Source: the human T2T-CHM13v2.0 reference genome, Homo sapiens. Taken from it: a DNA stretch of 64,000 bases. The position numbers and the translations under genes were made by a program. Positions 22,216 through 48,250 of this stretch are shown piece after piece. The stretch is taken from the NCBI RefSeq assembly GCF_009914755.1, contig NC_060935.1, one strand, 5' to 3'. Below the pieces are notes generated by a model. It ran no database searches and was not told the DNA's origin. It saw only the letters and a list, made by a program, of their open reading frames with translations. Each line of letters starts with the position of its first letter. The stretch's first letter is position 1.

Positions 22216-22401
22216 CATGGCTTTTATAGCTGCTGTTCTGACACGTGGGTCTTGGTCACTGAAGTAATCCCCTATAATCTTCTGGACATCTCTGGCAGCT
22301 AGGCCTTCTGCATCTTTTGTGACACTTTTCTCCAAAGAGCCAAGATTGCCAAGTAACTGCAGGCACTTATTTCTTACACCATGAGACGTATCTGTCAGAT
22401 G
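22216..22401 (-). CDS. INTS4: INTS4 exon 5 (HLTDTSHGVRNKCL...DQDPRVRTAAIKAM, 186 nt)
   Basis: Long poly-T tract then aatag|CAT, donor ATG|GTAAAT. Open reading frame with HEAT motifs. Confidence 0.96.
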
Positions 22402-22739
22402 CTATTAAAAAAAAAAAAAAAAAAGAAAAAAAGAAAAAGAAAAAAAGGACATGATTAAGATATCTTAACAAACACAGACAAGACCAGAAACAAAAGCATT
22501 GCAGCAACCTTAGGGGTGATTTCAAGACCTACATTCTTAGGACAGTCTGTCTAGCATCATGTTACTTGAGTACGGGTCTTCTCAAAAAAAATGAGTCCTT
22601 AGAAAATAAAAGTCCTAGTTTTTCATCTTTGTATTCCCAATAGCTTTGGGAATACAAAGGCACTTTGCCTTGTACAGAGTAGGTACTTTAAAATTCGTCC
22701 CTGATTGCGTTTTATTTGCTTTCAAATTTTAAAACCAGA

Positions 22740-23725
<986 letters not shown>

Positions 23726-24041
23726 TTACCCTAGTCCAATGCTACTAAAACAAGCTATTTGCATAACATAGCAACATAAATTAAAAATACTTTGAAGAAA
23801 TGAGGTAATAAAAATGGTACAAAACTCTGGATTTCAAACTTCTTTTGACTAGCACCCAAAGTAAGAAACACATAATATTGCAAGACAGTACATAAAAACA
23901 GACATACAGCAAGTTTAACAAAACAATATTTACCTTATAGCTTGTGATTTACTCTGGTACTTGTATTTTATTTTTTTTCAAAAAAAAAAATTACGTCTCA
24001 TGAAATTGGTCACATTACCCACTAATGGATAATGATTCTCA

Positions 24042-25922
<1,881 letters not shown>

Positions 25923-25949
25923 CTATTACATAGTAAATAAAGCAGGAGA

Positions 25950-26045
25950 CAAATGGAAGGAAGGAGGAAGGAATGAGGAAGGGCAAGTGGAGGGAGGAAG
26001 GGAGGGAAAGCAGGAAGGAAAGAAGAGAGGGAGGGAGGGGAGGCA
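25950..26045 (+). repeat. GA-rich low-complexity (GGAA/GGGA) tract
   Basis: Nearly pure purine run of about 95 nt. Confidence 0.85.
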
Positions 26046-26169
26046 AGCTCTCTTTATGGTAATAACAAAGTCAGGCAAGATTTAATAACAGTTGCTAAAA
26101 TGGTGGGTAGTTTGATGAGGAAGAGCATATTTACATAATCTCAAAGTATCTCTCCACAAATTACCTATT

Positions 26170-28420
26170 TTTGATTTTAATGTTTTATTATAGTCATAGT
26201 TATATATATTTTTGGGATACAATGTGATACTTTAATACATGTATGCAATGTGGAATTATTAAATCAAGCTAATTAACATATATCCATCACCTATCATTTT
26301 TTGTGGTGAGACATTTGAAATATTCACTTAGGTTTTTGTTTTTTAAGAGACAACATCTTCCTCTGTCACCTAGGCTGGAGTGTAGTGGCATGATCATAGC
26401 TCACATAGCCTGGAACTCCTGGGTTCAAGCAATCCTCCTGACTCAGCCTGAGAATACAGGTGCAAGCCACCATGCCCAGCTACTTTTTTTACTTCTGTAG
26501 AGACAGAGTCTCACCACATTTGCCCAGGCTGGTCTTGAATTCCTGGACTCAAGCAAACCTCCCACCTCGACCTCACAAAGTGTTAGGATTACAGGTATGA
26601 GCCACTGCACCTCCCTACTCTTAGTTATTTTTAAATATACATTATTGTGGACTATAGTCACCTGCTATGTAATAGATCTCAAAACCTATTCCTCCTATTC
26701 CTCCTGTTGAGCTGAAACTTTATAACCTTTGATCAGCAACTCCCCCCTCCCTCACTTTACTACCACTCCTAGCCTCTGGTGATCATCACTCTACTCTCTT
26801 TGAGTTCAACTTTTTAAAATTACACACACAAATGAGATCATGTGGCATGTGTTTTTCTGTGCTTGGCTTATGTCACTTAGTATGTCTTCAAGGTTCATAC
26901 ATGTTGTCATGAATGACAGGATCTCCTTCATTTACAAGGCTGAATAGTATTCCATTGCATGTTATACACTACATCTTCTTTATCCATTCATCTGCTGATA
27001 AACAGGTTGATTCCATACATTGGCTATTGTGAATACTGCTGCAATCAACATTGGAGTGCAAGCATCCCTTCAACATACTGATTTCAATTCCTTTAGACAT
27101 ATACCCGGAAGTGGGATGACTAGATCACATGCTAGTTCTATTTTTAGTTTTTTGAGACCTTCATCTTGTTTTCCATAAATAGTTGTACTAATTTACATCT
27201 TCGCCAACAGTGTACGAGGGTTTCCTTGTCTCCCCATGCCAACACTTGTTATTGTTCATCTTTTTTATAAAAACCATTCTAATAGATGTGAGGTGACATC
27301 TCACTTAATTTGCATTTTCCCGACGCTTAGTGATGTTGTACACTTTTTCATGAACCTGTTGGTCATCTGTAAGAAGTGTCTGTTCTGGTCCTTTGCCCAT
27401 TTTTTAGCCAGGTTTTGTTGTTGTTGTTGCTACTTAGTTGAATTCCTTATATATTTTGGATATTAGCCCTTGTCAGATATATGGTTTACACATTTTGTTT
27501 TTTTACCTCTATGGGTTGTCTCTTCACTTAGTTTCTTTTCTTGTACAGAAACTATTTAGTTTGATACAGTCCCATTTGTCTATTTTTTGTGGTTGGTTGG
27601 TTGCCTGCTCTTTTAAAGTCACAACAAAAAATCATTGCCCAGATCAATGCCACAGAGCTTTCCCTGTGTTTTCTTCTAGTAGTTTTACAGTTTCAGGTCG
27701 TATGTTTTAAGTCTTTAATCCACTCAGTTCAAGTATGTGTATGACGTAAGGGTCTAATTTCATTCTCCTGCATGTGAATGACCACTTCTCCCAGCATCAT
27801 CTATTGAATAGATTGTCCTTTACCCAGTGTGTGTTCTTGGCACCACTGTCAAAAATCAGCTGACCATAAATGCATGGGTTTGTTTCTGGGCTTTCTATCC
27901 TGTTCCTTTAGTACTGTTTTTATGCCAGTACCATGTTGTTTTGACTACAAATGCTTTATATTTTGAAAATAGGGAATGTAATGCCTCTGGCTTTGTTCTT
28001 TTTGTTCAAAATTGTTTTGCTATTAAGTCTTTTGTGGTTTCATACAAACTTTAAAGATTTTTTTTCTATTTCTGTGAAAAATGATATTGGGATTTTGATA
28101 GGGATTACACTGAATCTGCAGATCATTTTGGGTAATATGGACGTTTTAACATATTAATTCTTCCAACCCATGAATTTTAGGGAACTGTCATACTGTTTTC
28201 CACAATGGCTGCACTATTTTGCACTACTACTACCAATGCACAAGGGTTCCAATCCTTGCCAATACTTTTTTTTTCTTTTTGGCAATAGCTATCCTAATGG
28301 GTATGAAGTGGTATCTCACTGTGGTTTTGATTTTCTTTCCCTAATGATTAGTGATTAGTGATATTAAGCATCTTTTCATATTGGATTATTGACCATCTAT
28401 ATGTCTTCTTTGGAAAAATG
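26170..28420 (-). mobile_element. L1MA/MB 3' fragments (sense to INTS4) with an Alu inserted (26334-26613)
   Basis: Typical reverse-complement L1 3'UTR/ORF2 sequence. Confidence 0.8.
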
Positions 28421-28469
28421 AGTTTCCTTAAGGAACTCATGACCCAACAGTCATAGTTACAAAAGAAAT

Positions 28470-28765
28470 GCAATACATTATAACTGCATTTGGAGGTGGG
28501 GCCTTTCAGTAGGTAATTAAGGTTAAATGAGGTCATAAGGATGGGACTCTAGTGTCCTTATGAGAGCTCTCTCTCATGCACAGGGGAGAGGCCATATGCC
28601 CACACAGCGAGTGGTTAGTTGTCTTTAAGCCAGTTAAAGAGCCTTCACTAGGAACTGAATTTGCCAGCACCTTAATCTTAGATTCTAGACTTCAGAAACG
28701 TGAGCAATTTCTGTTGTTTAAGCCATCCAGCCTGTGGCATTTTGTTATGGCAGCCCTTACAGAGG
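28470..28765 (+). mobile_element. MaLR LTR (MLT1A/MST-like)
   Basis: Motifs ggaggtggggcctt...gtaattaaggttaaatgaggtcataagg and tttctgttgtttaagcca...tttgttatggcagcc. Confidence 0.7.
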
Positions 28766-29132
28766 TATATCCCGTAAGTGAACTGTTGGATCATATGGCA
28801 ATTCTATTTTTAATTTTGGGGATCAAATAACTCTATAATCAAAACCTGGCAGACACCACCTAAGCCAAGTATCAAACGCAACATCATGAACAAGTCAAAC
28901 GTCATCTGTGCCTCATGATGTTATACATTATGAGGGACACAAAATTCTGTTATATTCTTGTCAAAATGCATTGGCTGAATCTAAACTGAAAATATCAGAT
29001 AAAACCAGATTGCAAGACATTTTACAAAATAAATGCCCTACACTCTTCAAAAATGTCAAGGTAATGAAAGACAAAGAAAGGTTGAGTGACCTTTTCAGAT
29101 TAAGGAAAACAAAAGAGACATGAAAACTAAAT

Positions 29133-29481
29133 ATAGTCATGCATCAATTACCAACAAGGATACATTCTGAGAAATGCATCATTAGGTGATTTCATCATTG
29201 TGCAAACATCAGAGTGTACTTACCCAAACCTAGATTGTAAAGCCTACTACACCTAGACTACATGATATAGCCTAATGCTCCTAGGCTATAAACCTGTACA
29301 ACATGTTACTGTACTGAATATTGTAGGCAACTGTAACATAATGGTAAGTATTTGTGTATCTAAACATATCTACACATAGAAAAAGTACAGTAAAAATATA
29401 ATATTATAACCTTATGGGACCACTGTTGTATATGCAGTCCATCCTTGACTGAAATGTCATTATTATGTGATGCATGCTGTA
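29133..29481 (-). mobile_element. Tigger3a-like DNA transposon (TcMar-Tigger MITE)
   Basis: TA-flanked (C/T)AGTCATGC terminal inverted repeats and characteristic internal sequence. Confidence 0.8.
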
Positions 29482-29559
29482 ATTGATATCCTTAAAAAAA
29501 TACATATGAAACATTTACTTCAGTGGGAAAATGGCATGATTTCTCCAATTTACTTAAAT

Positions 29560-36715
<7,156 letters not shown>

Positions 36716-37777
36716 GTAAATATTTGTATATAAATTATATCTCAATTACAAAAAAAAAAAACTTTTAGGCACATTGTATGATAGTCATAAACCAAAATGG
36801 CATTTGGCAATAGAAACAGCGGTTGTAGTTATGAATCACAGATAGCCTTCATTACTGTAGTCTGAAAAAGCTTGTGACAGATCTGCCATTGACAAACAGT
36901 TGCAATTTTTACCCTATTAAGAACCTCTACAGGCCGGGTGCAGTGGCTCACACCTGTAATCCCAGCACTTTGGGAGGCCGAGGCAGGCGGATCATGAGGT
37001 CAGGAGATCGAGACCATCCTGGCTAACATGGTGAAACCCCGTCTCTACTAAAAATACAAAAATTAGCTGGGCGTGGTGGCACGCACCTGTAGTCCCAGCT
37101 ACTCGGGAGGCTGAGGCAGGAGAATTGCCTGAACCCGGGAGGCAGAGGTGTCAGTGAGCCGAGATCACGTCACTGCACTCCAGCCTGGGTGACAGAGCGA
37201 GACTCTATCTCAAAAAAAAAAAAAGGAACCTCCACAAACGATTTAAAAAAAACACACACACACAAACTCCATATGCTTAACTGGCAAAGGACATAAAAAG
37301 TTCATTCACATGAGAGGAAATACAAATAAAGGAAAAACATATGAAAAAGAAACCTCATTAGTCTTTTCAAAAAAGAGATTTTTTTAAAAATGAAGTATCA
37401 TTTTCCACATACCAAATTAACAGGTTTATCTTTGATTTTTAAACATTAATATCTAATGCTAGAATAATGCAGTGAAACTAGGAACTCTCATATACTGCTT
37501 GTGGGCATATAAACTGGAACACTTTGGAAAGCAATTTGACAAAAAGTATTAAGAGCCTTAGCTGGGCACAGTAGTTCACACACGTAATCTCGGGCAACAT
37601 AGCAAGACCTTCGTCTTTTTTTCAAAAAAATAAACAACACAGCCTTTAAAAAAGTCTAGGCCAGGCACTGTGGCTCATGCCTGTGATCCCAGCACTTCAG
37701 GAGGTCAAAGTTGGAGGAACACTTGAGCCCAGGAGTTCGAGACCAGCCTAGGCAACACAATGAGACCCTGACTCTAT

Positions 37778-38383
37778 TCTTCTCAGGGATCTAGAACTAG
37801 AAATACCATTTGACCCAGCAATCCCATTACTGGGTATATACCCAAAGGATTATAAATCATGATGCTATAAAGACACATGCACATGTATGTTTATTGTGGC
37901 ACTATTCACAATAGCAAAGACTTGGAACCAACCCAAATGTCCAACAATGATAGACTGGATTAAGAAAATATGGCACATATACACCATGGAATCCTATGCA
38001 GCCATAAAAAATGATGAGTTCATGTCCTTTGTAGGGACATGGATGAAGCTGGAAACCATCATTCTCAGCAAACTATTGCAAGGACAAAAAACCAAACACC
38101 ACATGTTCTCACTCATAGGTGGGACCTGAACAATGAGAACACATGGACACAGGAAGGGGAACATCACACACCAGGGCCTGTTGTGGGGTGGGGGAAGGCG
38201 GGAGGGATAGCATTTGGAGATATACCTAATGTTAAATTACGAGTTGATGGGTACAGCACACCAACATGGCACATGTATACATATGTAACTAACCTGCACG
38301 TTGTGCACATGTACCCTAAAACTTAAAGTATAATAAAAAAGAAATAAAAAGAATAAAATAAAATAAAAATAAAAATAAATAAA
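37778..38383 (+). mobile_element. L1PA4-like 3' fragment directly following a FLAM/AluJ left arm (37659-37777)
   Basis: ORF2 C-terminus (ORF 37887..38129), G-rich 3'UTR and A-rich tail. No TSD visible. Confidence 0.92.
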
Positions 38384-38575
38384 TTCTAAATGTTTTCAAT
38401 TAGTAATTTAGTAATTCTATTTTGATAGTCTGTGTTTCAGAAATAATTTTAAATACGGAAAATATTTTAGACTAACAATATGCCCTGCAGTATTATTTCC
38501 AATTAAATAAATGGCTACAATGTAAATTCAGTAATAGGTGAATAGTTAGGTAAAAAGTATGGTTTAATTATTGGA

Positions 38576-38751
38576 CACAATATCACACAGCTATTACAAA
38601 TTATATTTATAAAACACATACAAGAAAAATACTTATGTTAGCAAAAAAGGAGCAAAATTATATCACAATATCACACAGCCATTACAAATTATGTTTATAA
38701 AACACATACAAGAAAAATACTTATGTTAGCAAAAAAGGAGCAAAATTATAT
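38576..38751. repeat. Tandem duplication, 2 x 88 bp
   Basis: CACAATATCACACAGC...GCAAAATTATAT repeated at 38576 and 38664 with 2 mismatches. Confidence 0.95.
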
Positions 38752-40253
38752 GATTACAGCAATGTATTTAAAGAAAAAAAATGGCAAATGATTTGCATAC
38801 AGAAAAAAAATCAGAAAGCCATATATCAAAAGACAAATAATGATTCCCTTTGGGTACTGAATTATGAATGCATTTTTCTTTACAGTTTTCAGTATCTTTC
38901 CGAATTTTCTATGAGTACAAATTATTATAATAAAAAATATATTTAAGTATATAATATAAAATCTTATAGTTAAAAATATATTTAAGGCAGATTTAAGAAA
39001 CAGTTACTGCAGATATCACAACCCATTCATTATGACAACTCTCAGAAGCAAACTTCACAGATATATATTTCCTCTCACAGGGGAGACGTACTTACTCTCC
39101 CACACACATAATCCCTAGTTTTTTCCATTTAAGCTGTTTTTTTTGTTTTTTTGTTTTTTTTTTTAAAGACAGAGTCTCACTCTATCACCCAGACTGGAGT
39201 GCAGTGGCTCAATCTCCACTCACATAACCTCCGTCTTGCAGGTTCAAGCGATTCTCCTGCCTCAGCCTCCCTAGTAGCTGGGATTACAGGCAGGCATCAC
39301 CGTGCCCGGCTAATTTTTTTTGTATTTTTAGTAGAGATGGGGTTTCACCATGTTGGTCAGGCTGGTTTCAAACTCCTGATGTCAAATGATCCGCCCACCT
39401 CTGCCTCCCAAAGTGCTGGGATTATAGGTGTGAGCCACCGCACCTGGCCCTATTTAAGCTTTTAGTATTGTACTTGTCAAAGTGTTTTTGGTTTTATGTA
39501 TGCCTGTTGTTTTAAGATAAATCAAGTAATCTTTCCTGCATCTCTGAGATAGCTTTCTAATTTCAAGAATATAATACTCTAACACAATTCAAATGCATTT
39601 GACTTTTTTATATTCTCAAAGTTATCAAAAAGATCCAAAGTAAAATCAATTCTACAGGGTTCTAGGGGTTGCTGTGTATACACAAAGAGGCTAATTAACC
39701 TCCAAATTAAATCAAAAGGCACAATTAATGTATTAATACATGTATTTAAAAATCAGAAAAAAAGAACGTACAAAACTTTTCCCATACATTTACTTGTGTA
39801 TAGTTGGTCTGTTTATTGAAGCAACAAGGCATAATAAAAACAAAACAAGTTTGGGGTCAGAAAAAATACAGTTTATACCCTGGTACTGCAACCTCCTAGC
39901 TGTGCAAACTTAGACAAATCAGACTCCATAAATCTTAATTTTCACCTTTGTAAAAGAGAAATAACGGTACTTACTTGAAGGATTGTGAGGACCAAATGAA
40001 AAACTGAATACAAAGCACCATAACAAGCAGAGTGCATTATTAGGCACAATATACACAGTAACTATGTACTGTAATTATTTTCATTTGTTTTGAAAGGATG
40101 ACGAAATACACTTTATAACAAGTGTACTTAACTTTATTCCTAATCCAACACCAAGAGATGAAAAAAATAAGGCAGCTCCTAAAACCATTAATGGTCCTTA
40201 GCAGTCCTCAGTTACCAGTTTAGGATGGATCTGAATAGATTTTATACTCTTAC

Positions 40254-40360
40254 CTTGCAGGCCACATCAACTAATCGCATTTGGATAGCTTGATTCTCTG
40301 GTAGCTTAGTGCCAATTGCAAGCAAAGTATCCAGCAGTTGAGCTAGGACTTGATGAGACT
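40254..40360 (-). CDS. INTS4: INTS4 exon 4 (KSHQVLAQLLDTLL...LVDVACK, 107 nt)
   Basis: Acceptor ctctag|AG, donor AAG|GTAAGA. 118+107 nt restores phase 0. Confidence 0.96.
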
Positions 40361-40974
40361 CTAGAGAGGGAGATAGAAAGTTGGCTTGTAGAATTTCGAA
40401 AGGGGTAACTATATAAACTAATTTACTTGGGTAAAGAATGTAGATTGGCTAGGCGCAGTGACTCACAACTGTAATCCCAGCACTTTGAGAAGCCTAGGCA
40501 GGAGAATCCCTTGAGCCCAGGAGTTCAAGACGAGCCTGGGCAACATAGGGAGACTCCGTTTCTACAAAAATAAATCTGAAAAAATGAGTCAGCCAGGTGG
40601 TGTGCGCCCAGAGTCTCAGCTACTTAGGAGGCCGAGGTAGGAGGACTGCTTGAGCCTCAGAGATCAAGGCAGCAGTGAGCCGTAATCGCGCCACAGCACT
40701 CCAGCCTGGGCAACAGAGCGAGACCCAGTCCTAAAAAAACAGAAAAAAAAACAGACTTTTGTCAACTGGGTTCTACTGTGTGATCCTTCATGCCCTCAAC
40801 TAAAAGCTAAGTTCCTAAAGGGATCATGTTTAAATGTCTGAGTCCTCCACGGGATAGAGTACAGTTCTATATACATAGTGTGCTCCAAAAATGTTTAGTG
40901 CTTGACTGATTCAAGAGTTTTTTCACACTAAGAAACAGAAAAAAAAAAAAAAGGCCAGGCACGGTGGTGGCTTA

Positions 40975-41351
<377 letters not shown>

Positions 41352-41584
41352 CTACCCTTGCCTATCTTTCTAGCTTCATCTTTTTCAGGTCTCCTTTAAC
41401 ACTCTTTTTTCCAACTACTTATAATTACATGCCCCCATCTTTGCTCAGGCTAACTTCTCTAAGTAGAATGCCTTCCCCCACACCTGACTCCATTCTTGAC
41501 CCCACTCCCCACTGAACACCTAGTTATCCTTAAAATGTCACCTCTCATGTAGCTACCATAAGAATTTTCCATGGGAAAAAATGA

Positions 41585-41806
<222 letters not shown>

Positions 41807-41809
41807 TAA

Positions 41810-41920
<111 letters not shown>

Positions 41921-42058
41921 TAACCTGTGCCTAGCCTGTTTTAGTGCTTTTAAAAATGTGTCTTGGCCGGGCACCGTGGCTCACGCCTGTAATTCCAGCA
42001 CTTTGGGAGGCTGAAGTGGGTGGATCACAAGGTCAGGAGATCAAGACCATCATGGCTA

Positions 42059-42291
<233 letters not shown>

Positions 42292-42713
42292 TTACAGGTT
42301 TCAGTGTAAGCTGAAATAATCCTTTTAGAAAGCAATAGGGTAATATATAGCAAGGGTCATTAACATGTTTGGACTTCTGGACTCCAGCCTGGAGTCAGGC
42401 TGCTCAATATATCAAGGCCCTGCCTCAAAACAAAAAACAAACAAGCAAAAAAAAAAAAAAAAAAGGGACAATAATGTCTATATCATATGTAAACTACCTC
42501 AAATATATGGTAGGTACCTGGCCAATAAATGACAGCTATTAAGAGATAAAACTGTATTTCTACTCTAATGTAAATATGTATATATGGTTTCATTAAATTA
42601 TCCTCAAATTCCTCTTCAATAACAATCAACACAACAAAATTTTGTCCTAAATTCTATACAAAAAGAACTAAATATTTCTGCTCTGACTATAGAGCTTTTA
42701 AATTGCAACTTAC

Positions 42714-42831
42714 TTTCATTCTGCAGGATGTTGATGGCATCATCCATAATGCAGTCTGGTGAAAATCCTGCTGTCTTTGATAATAAACCCAACAATGATG
42801 CAATTTTCAGTCTCACAGATGGATCATTCTC
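42714..42831 (-). CDS. INTS4: INTS4 exon 3 (ENDPSVRLKIASLL...NILQNE, 118 nt)
   Basis: Acceptor ttccag|GAG, donor A|GTAAGT. Lies within ORF 42616..42849. HEAT-like D(P)SVR motif. Confidence 0.97.
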
Positions 42832-42995
42832 CTGGAAAAAAAGAAGCAATTGTCACTTTGATGCTTTACACTTAGCTAACCAACAAACAGGAACATGGAA
42901 AACTAACATCCCAAAAGAGATTCAATGATCCAAGTATTCTATGGCATCATTTCTGAAAAATTAATTTTATATACTTCTGGAGAGACAGCTTTCTT

Positions 42996-43030
<35 letters not shown>

Positions 43031-44475
43031 TTTTTGAGATGGAGTTTTAATCTGTTGCCCAGCCTGGAGTGCAGTGCGTGATCTTGGCTCAATGCAACCT
43101 CTGCCGGGGAGACAGCTTTCTCAGTTGATACATTACATCCAAATACTGCAAAGTGAATGAGAACTTTTCTATGCCATTCTGATGTCATTATCTTCTAATA
43201 AAAAACGTGCCACTGGCATTAAAAGCACCTGACCTCCACTGAGTAGTCATGTTAGACACAAGTCAGAGCAACTTGCACCAACAACTGGGTATACAACATT
43301 GCTGCCAGTACCACTGCTTTTGGAGTCCCTGGAAAGTGAGTGTTGCAGCTACCACTGCTATCACCAGAAAGAATCTTTCATTCTACCTGTCTTTTTTTTT
43401 TTTTTTTTTTGAAACAGGGTCTCACTGTCTCCCAGGTCAGAGTGCAGTGGCGCCATCATGGCTAACTAGAGCCTTGACCTTCTGAGCTCAAGTGAACCTC
43501 CAACCTCAGCCTCCCAAGTAGCTGGGACTACAGATACATGCTACCACACCTGGCTACTTTTTTTTAATTTTTAGTAGAGATGAGCTTTTGCTTTGTTGCC
43601 CAAGTTGGTGTCAAACTCCTGAGCTCAAGCAATCCTCCTGCCTCGGCTTCCCAAAATGCTGGAATTACAGGTGTGAGCCACCACGCTCAGCCCTACCTGC
43701 TTTTTTGAATCACCAGATCCTGATTAGAAGTCTGGAGGAGGCAAGTGTGACTGTCTGAGTGTAAGTCTTGTGCCTGGGCCCCAGCTGCAGGGGAGACTGA
43801 CAAAGAAATAGTCTGGCTGTTTTAGCTTAGAGAGAGGGAGGTGGTCTCTAATGGGCACCAAAATTCCTGTGGTGAGAAATTTCCTCCAAAGACAAACAGG
43901 AATGCTCTCTTGTTCACTGCCATATCTCAAGAATATAGCACAATACCTGACACTGAAAAGATCAATAAATATATGTGAAATGAGAGGAAAAAAAGTACCT
44001 AACCAGTGCTGAGAATAGATCATCTTTCTATACTAAAGACAAAATTACTTAAGTGTATGCTCAAAGGATAAGGTGCTTTTCAAATAAGACCAACTCCCTG
44101 CCTCCTATATTCAGTTTCTAAGGAGGTCACCAGGCACAATAAGGAGGCCTAAAGCAGGAGAAGGGGCAATAGATACAGCGTTGGAAGATCTAAAATCCTG
44201 GCATGCTATGCCACTTATTATGCACATAACTTTAGAAAAGTCACTTTCTTGGGAACTTACCTTAAGGTGTGAAGTGAAGCAGAAAGAGAAAGGGCTTTGA
44301 AATTAGCCAGATGTAGGTGTGAAGCCTGGATTCACTACACAACAGCTGTATGTCTTAAACAATTAACCTCTCTGAGCCTTATCTGTGAAATGGGGGTAAT
44401 AACCTCAGAGGGCTACTGAGAGGAAAATTACTAGCACAAAAATGGGCATATAGTAAGCAGTCAAATAACAGTTCC

Positions 44476-45975
<1,500 letters not shown>

Positions 45976-47465
45976 AAATGATTAGCCAGGCATGGTGGCA
46001 CATGCCTATAGTTCCAGCTACTTAGGAGGCTGAGGTGAGAGGATTGCATAAGCCTGGGAGGTGGAGGTTTCAGTGAACCATGATAGCACCACTGCACTCC
46101 AGCCTGGAGTGAGACCTTGTTAGGAAAAAAAAGGGAAAAAAGGGGGGGAAAAGAAAATAAATGTAAATGAAAAAAAAAAAAAAAGCAGATAAGAGAGCAT
46201 CTGACCTAGTGACATTCCTTATCCATTTGGATACTTTACTCAAGTTCTTTTACTTTCTGAAATAATCCCTTAGCACTCCTTCTACTATGACACATAAATG
46301 ATCTCCTTCACACCTGAGCTAAAAACAGAATTACCTCCAGGGAAGCCTTCTCTAATAATTGTTTCTTCTGACCATTAAAACTGTCTTGGTTCAGGCTTTC
46401 ATCACCTTTCCCCAAACTTACAGTCTTCTAATTGGTCACTCTAACTCCAGTCCATCCAATTCCTTTATCCTCCATACTTCCCCTCAGAGTGACATTTCTA
46501 AAACAAAAACTGACAAGGTAGAATACAAGGCCCTTTAGAATCAGATGCCTTCCAAATCTTCTGGTCTTATCTCTTGATGAGCTCCCAACCTAAAATCTGC
46601 ACCAGCCAAACTAGCTGCATTTCTTCTAATGTGATAGCCTGTCTCACATCTCCATGCCCATGTTCACGGTTGCTCACAACTAAAATGTCTTTCCCCCTGT
46701 CTTCCAACTGGCCAAAATCTATTTCTAGGACTTTTCTCAAGCATCGCTACCACTCTATAATGCATTTCTGGATCCCTGCTTCCAATAATTAATCGCCCCC
46801 TTCTTTGAGGCCATATCATAACCTACCCCAGATTTCATAAGACCTGAAACACTGTATTGTTATTAATTCATTTCTTATTTACTCAAGACTCAGATCAGGG
46901 ATTACATCATCTACATCTCTATTACCAACATGAAGCACAAAGCCTGGCACAGAGTAAGTATTCAGACATGCTGAGCAAATGAAAAAATAAGCAAATGGAA
47001 AACTTTAGCACTTACTATCTACATACTACATATATGGTCTGCCGACTACACTGCTAGCCCCTAAAGGACAAAGAACATATCTCACAGCTCTGCATCCTCC
47101 ATAGCTACTAGCACAGTAGCATAAGTGAAGAATCAATCATGTGAAATAAGTTCAGATACTAATGCCTGATCACAAAAAAAAAGTAGGAAAAAGCAGAAGC
47201 CAGAGTAGTTTTATCCACTAAAATATTAACATAAAATACCACATTTCTGGATAGAACAGAAGAAAGGGTAAAAAACACTATGGTCAACAATCTAGAACTG
47301 GGTCCATCTGGCATCCCTCCTCATTTCCTTAGGAGCTAGGGTCCACTTGATTAATGCATGCAGCATGGACTGGTTAAAGTGCTTGAGATCTGACATCAGA
47401 ACACCTGAGTTAAATTTTGCTTTTAGACATGACAAAAGATTATGTTTTTTAAGAGTCTTCACCAC

Positions 47466-48250
47466 ATTTATGCAGCCAACAGACACATGAAAAAATGCTC
47501 ACCATCACTGGTCATCAGAGAAATGCAAATCAAAACCACAATGAGATACCATCTCACATCAGTTAGAATGGCAATCATTAAAAAGTCAGGCAACAACAGA
47601 TGCTGGAGAGGATGTGGAGAAATAGGAACACTTTTACACTGTTGGGAGTGTAAATTAGTTCAACCATTGTGGAAGAGAGTGCGGCAATTCCTCAAGGATC
47701 TAGAACTAGAAATACCATTTGACCCAGCAATCCCATTACTGGGTATATACCCAAAGGATTATAAATCATGCTACTATAAAGATACATGTGCACGTATGTT
47801 TATTGCGGCACTATTCACAAGAGCAAAGACTTGGAAGTAACCCAAATGTCCACCAACGATAGACTGGATTAAGAAAATGTGGCACATATACACCATGGAA
47901 TACTATGCAGCCATAAAAAAGGATGCGTTCATGTCCTTCGCAGGGAAATGGATGAAGCTGAAAACCATCCTTCTCAGCAAACTATCACAAGGACAGAAAA
48001 CCAAACACCGCATGTTCTCACTCATAGGTGGGAATTGAACAGTGAGAACACTTGGACACAGGGCGGGAAACATCACACACCGGGGCCTGTTGGGGAGTGG
48101 GGGGCTGGGGGAGGGATAGCATTAGGAGAAATACCTAAAGTAAATGATGAGTTAATGGGTGCAGCAAGCCAACATGGCACATGTATACACATGTAACAAA
48201 CCTGCACGTTGTGCACATGTGCCCTAGAACCTAAAGTATAATAATAAAAA
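47466..48250 (+). mobile_element. 5'-truncated L1PA6/7-like element
   Basis: Perfect 15-bp TSD AAGAGTCTTCACCAC at 47451-47465 and 48251-48265. ORF2 C-terminus in ORF 47442..47840. Confidence 0.93.

Noticed and set aside
38576-38751. Direct repeats as a CRISPR-like array
   Set aside because: Two adjacent units without spacers in mammalian intron DNA are a simple tandem duplication.
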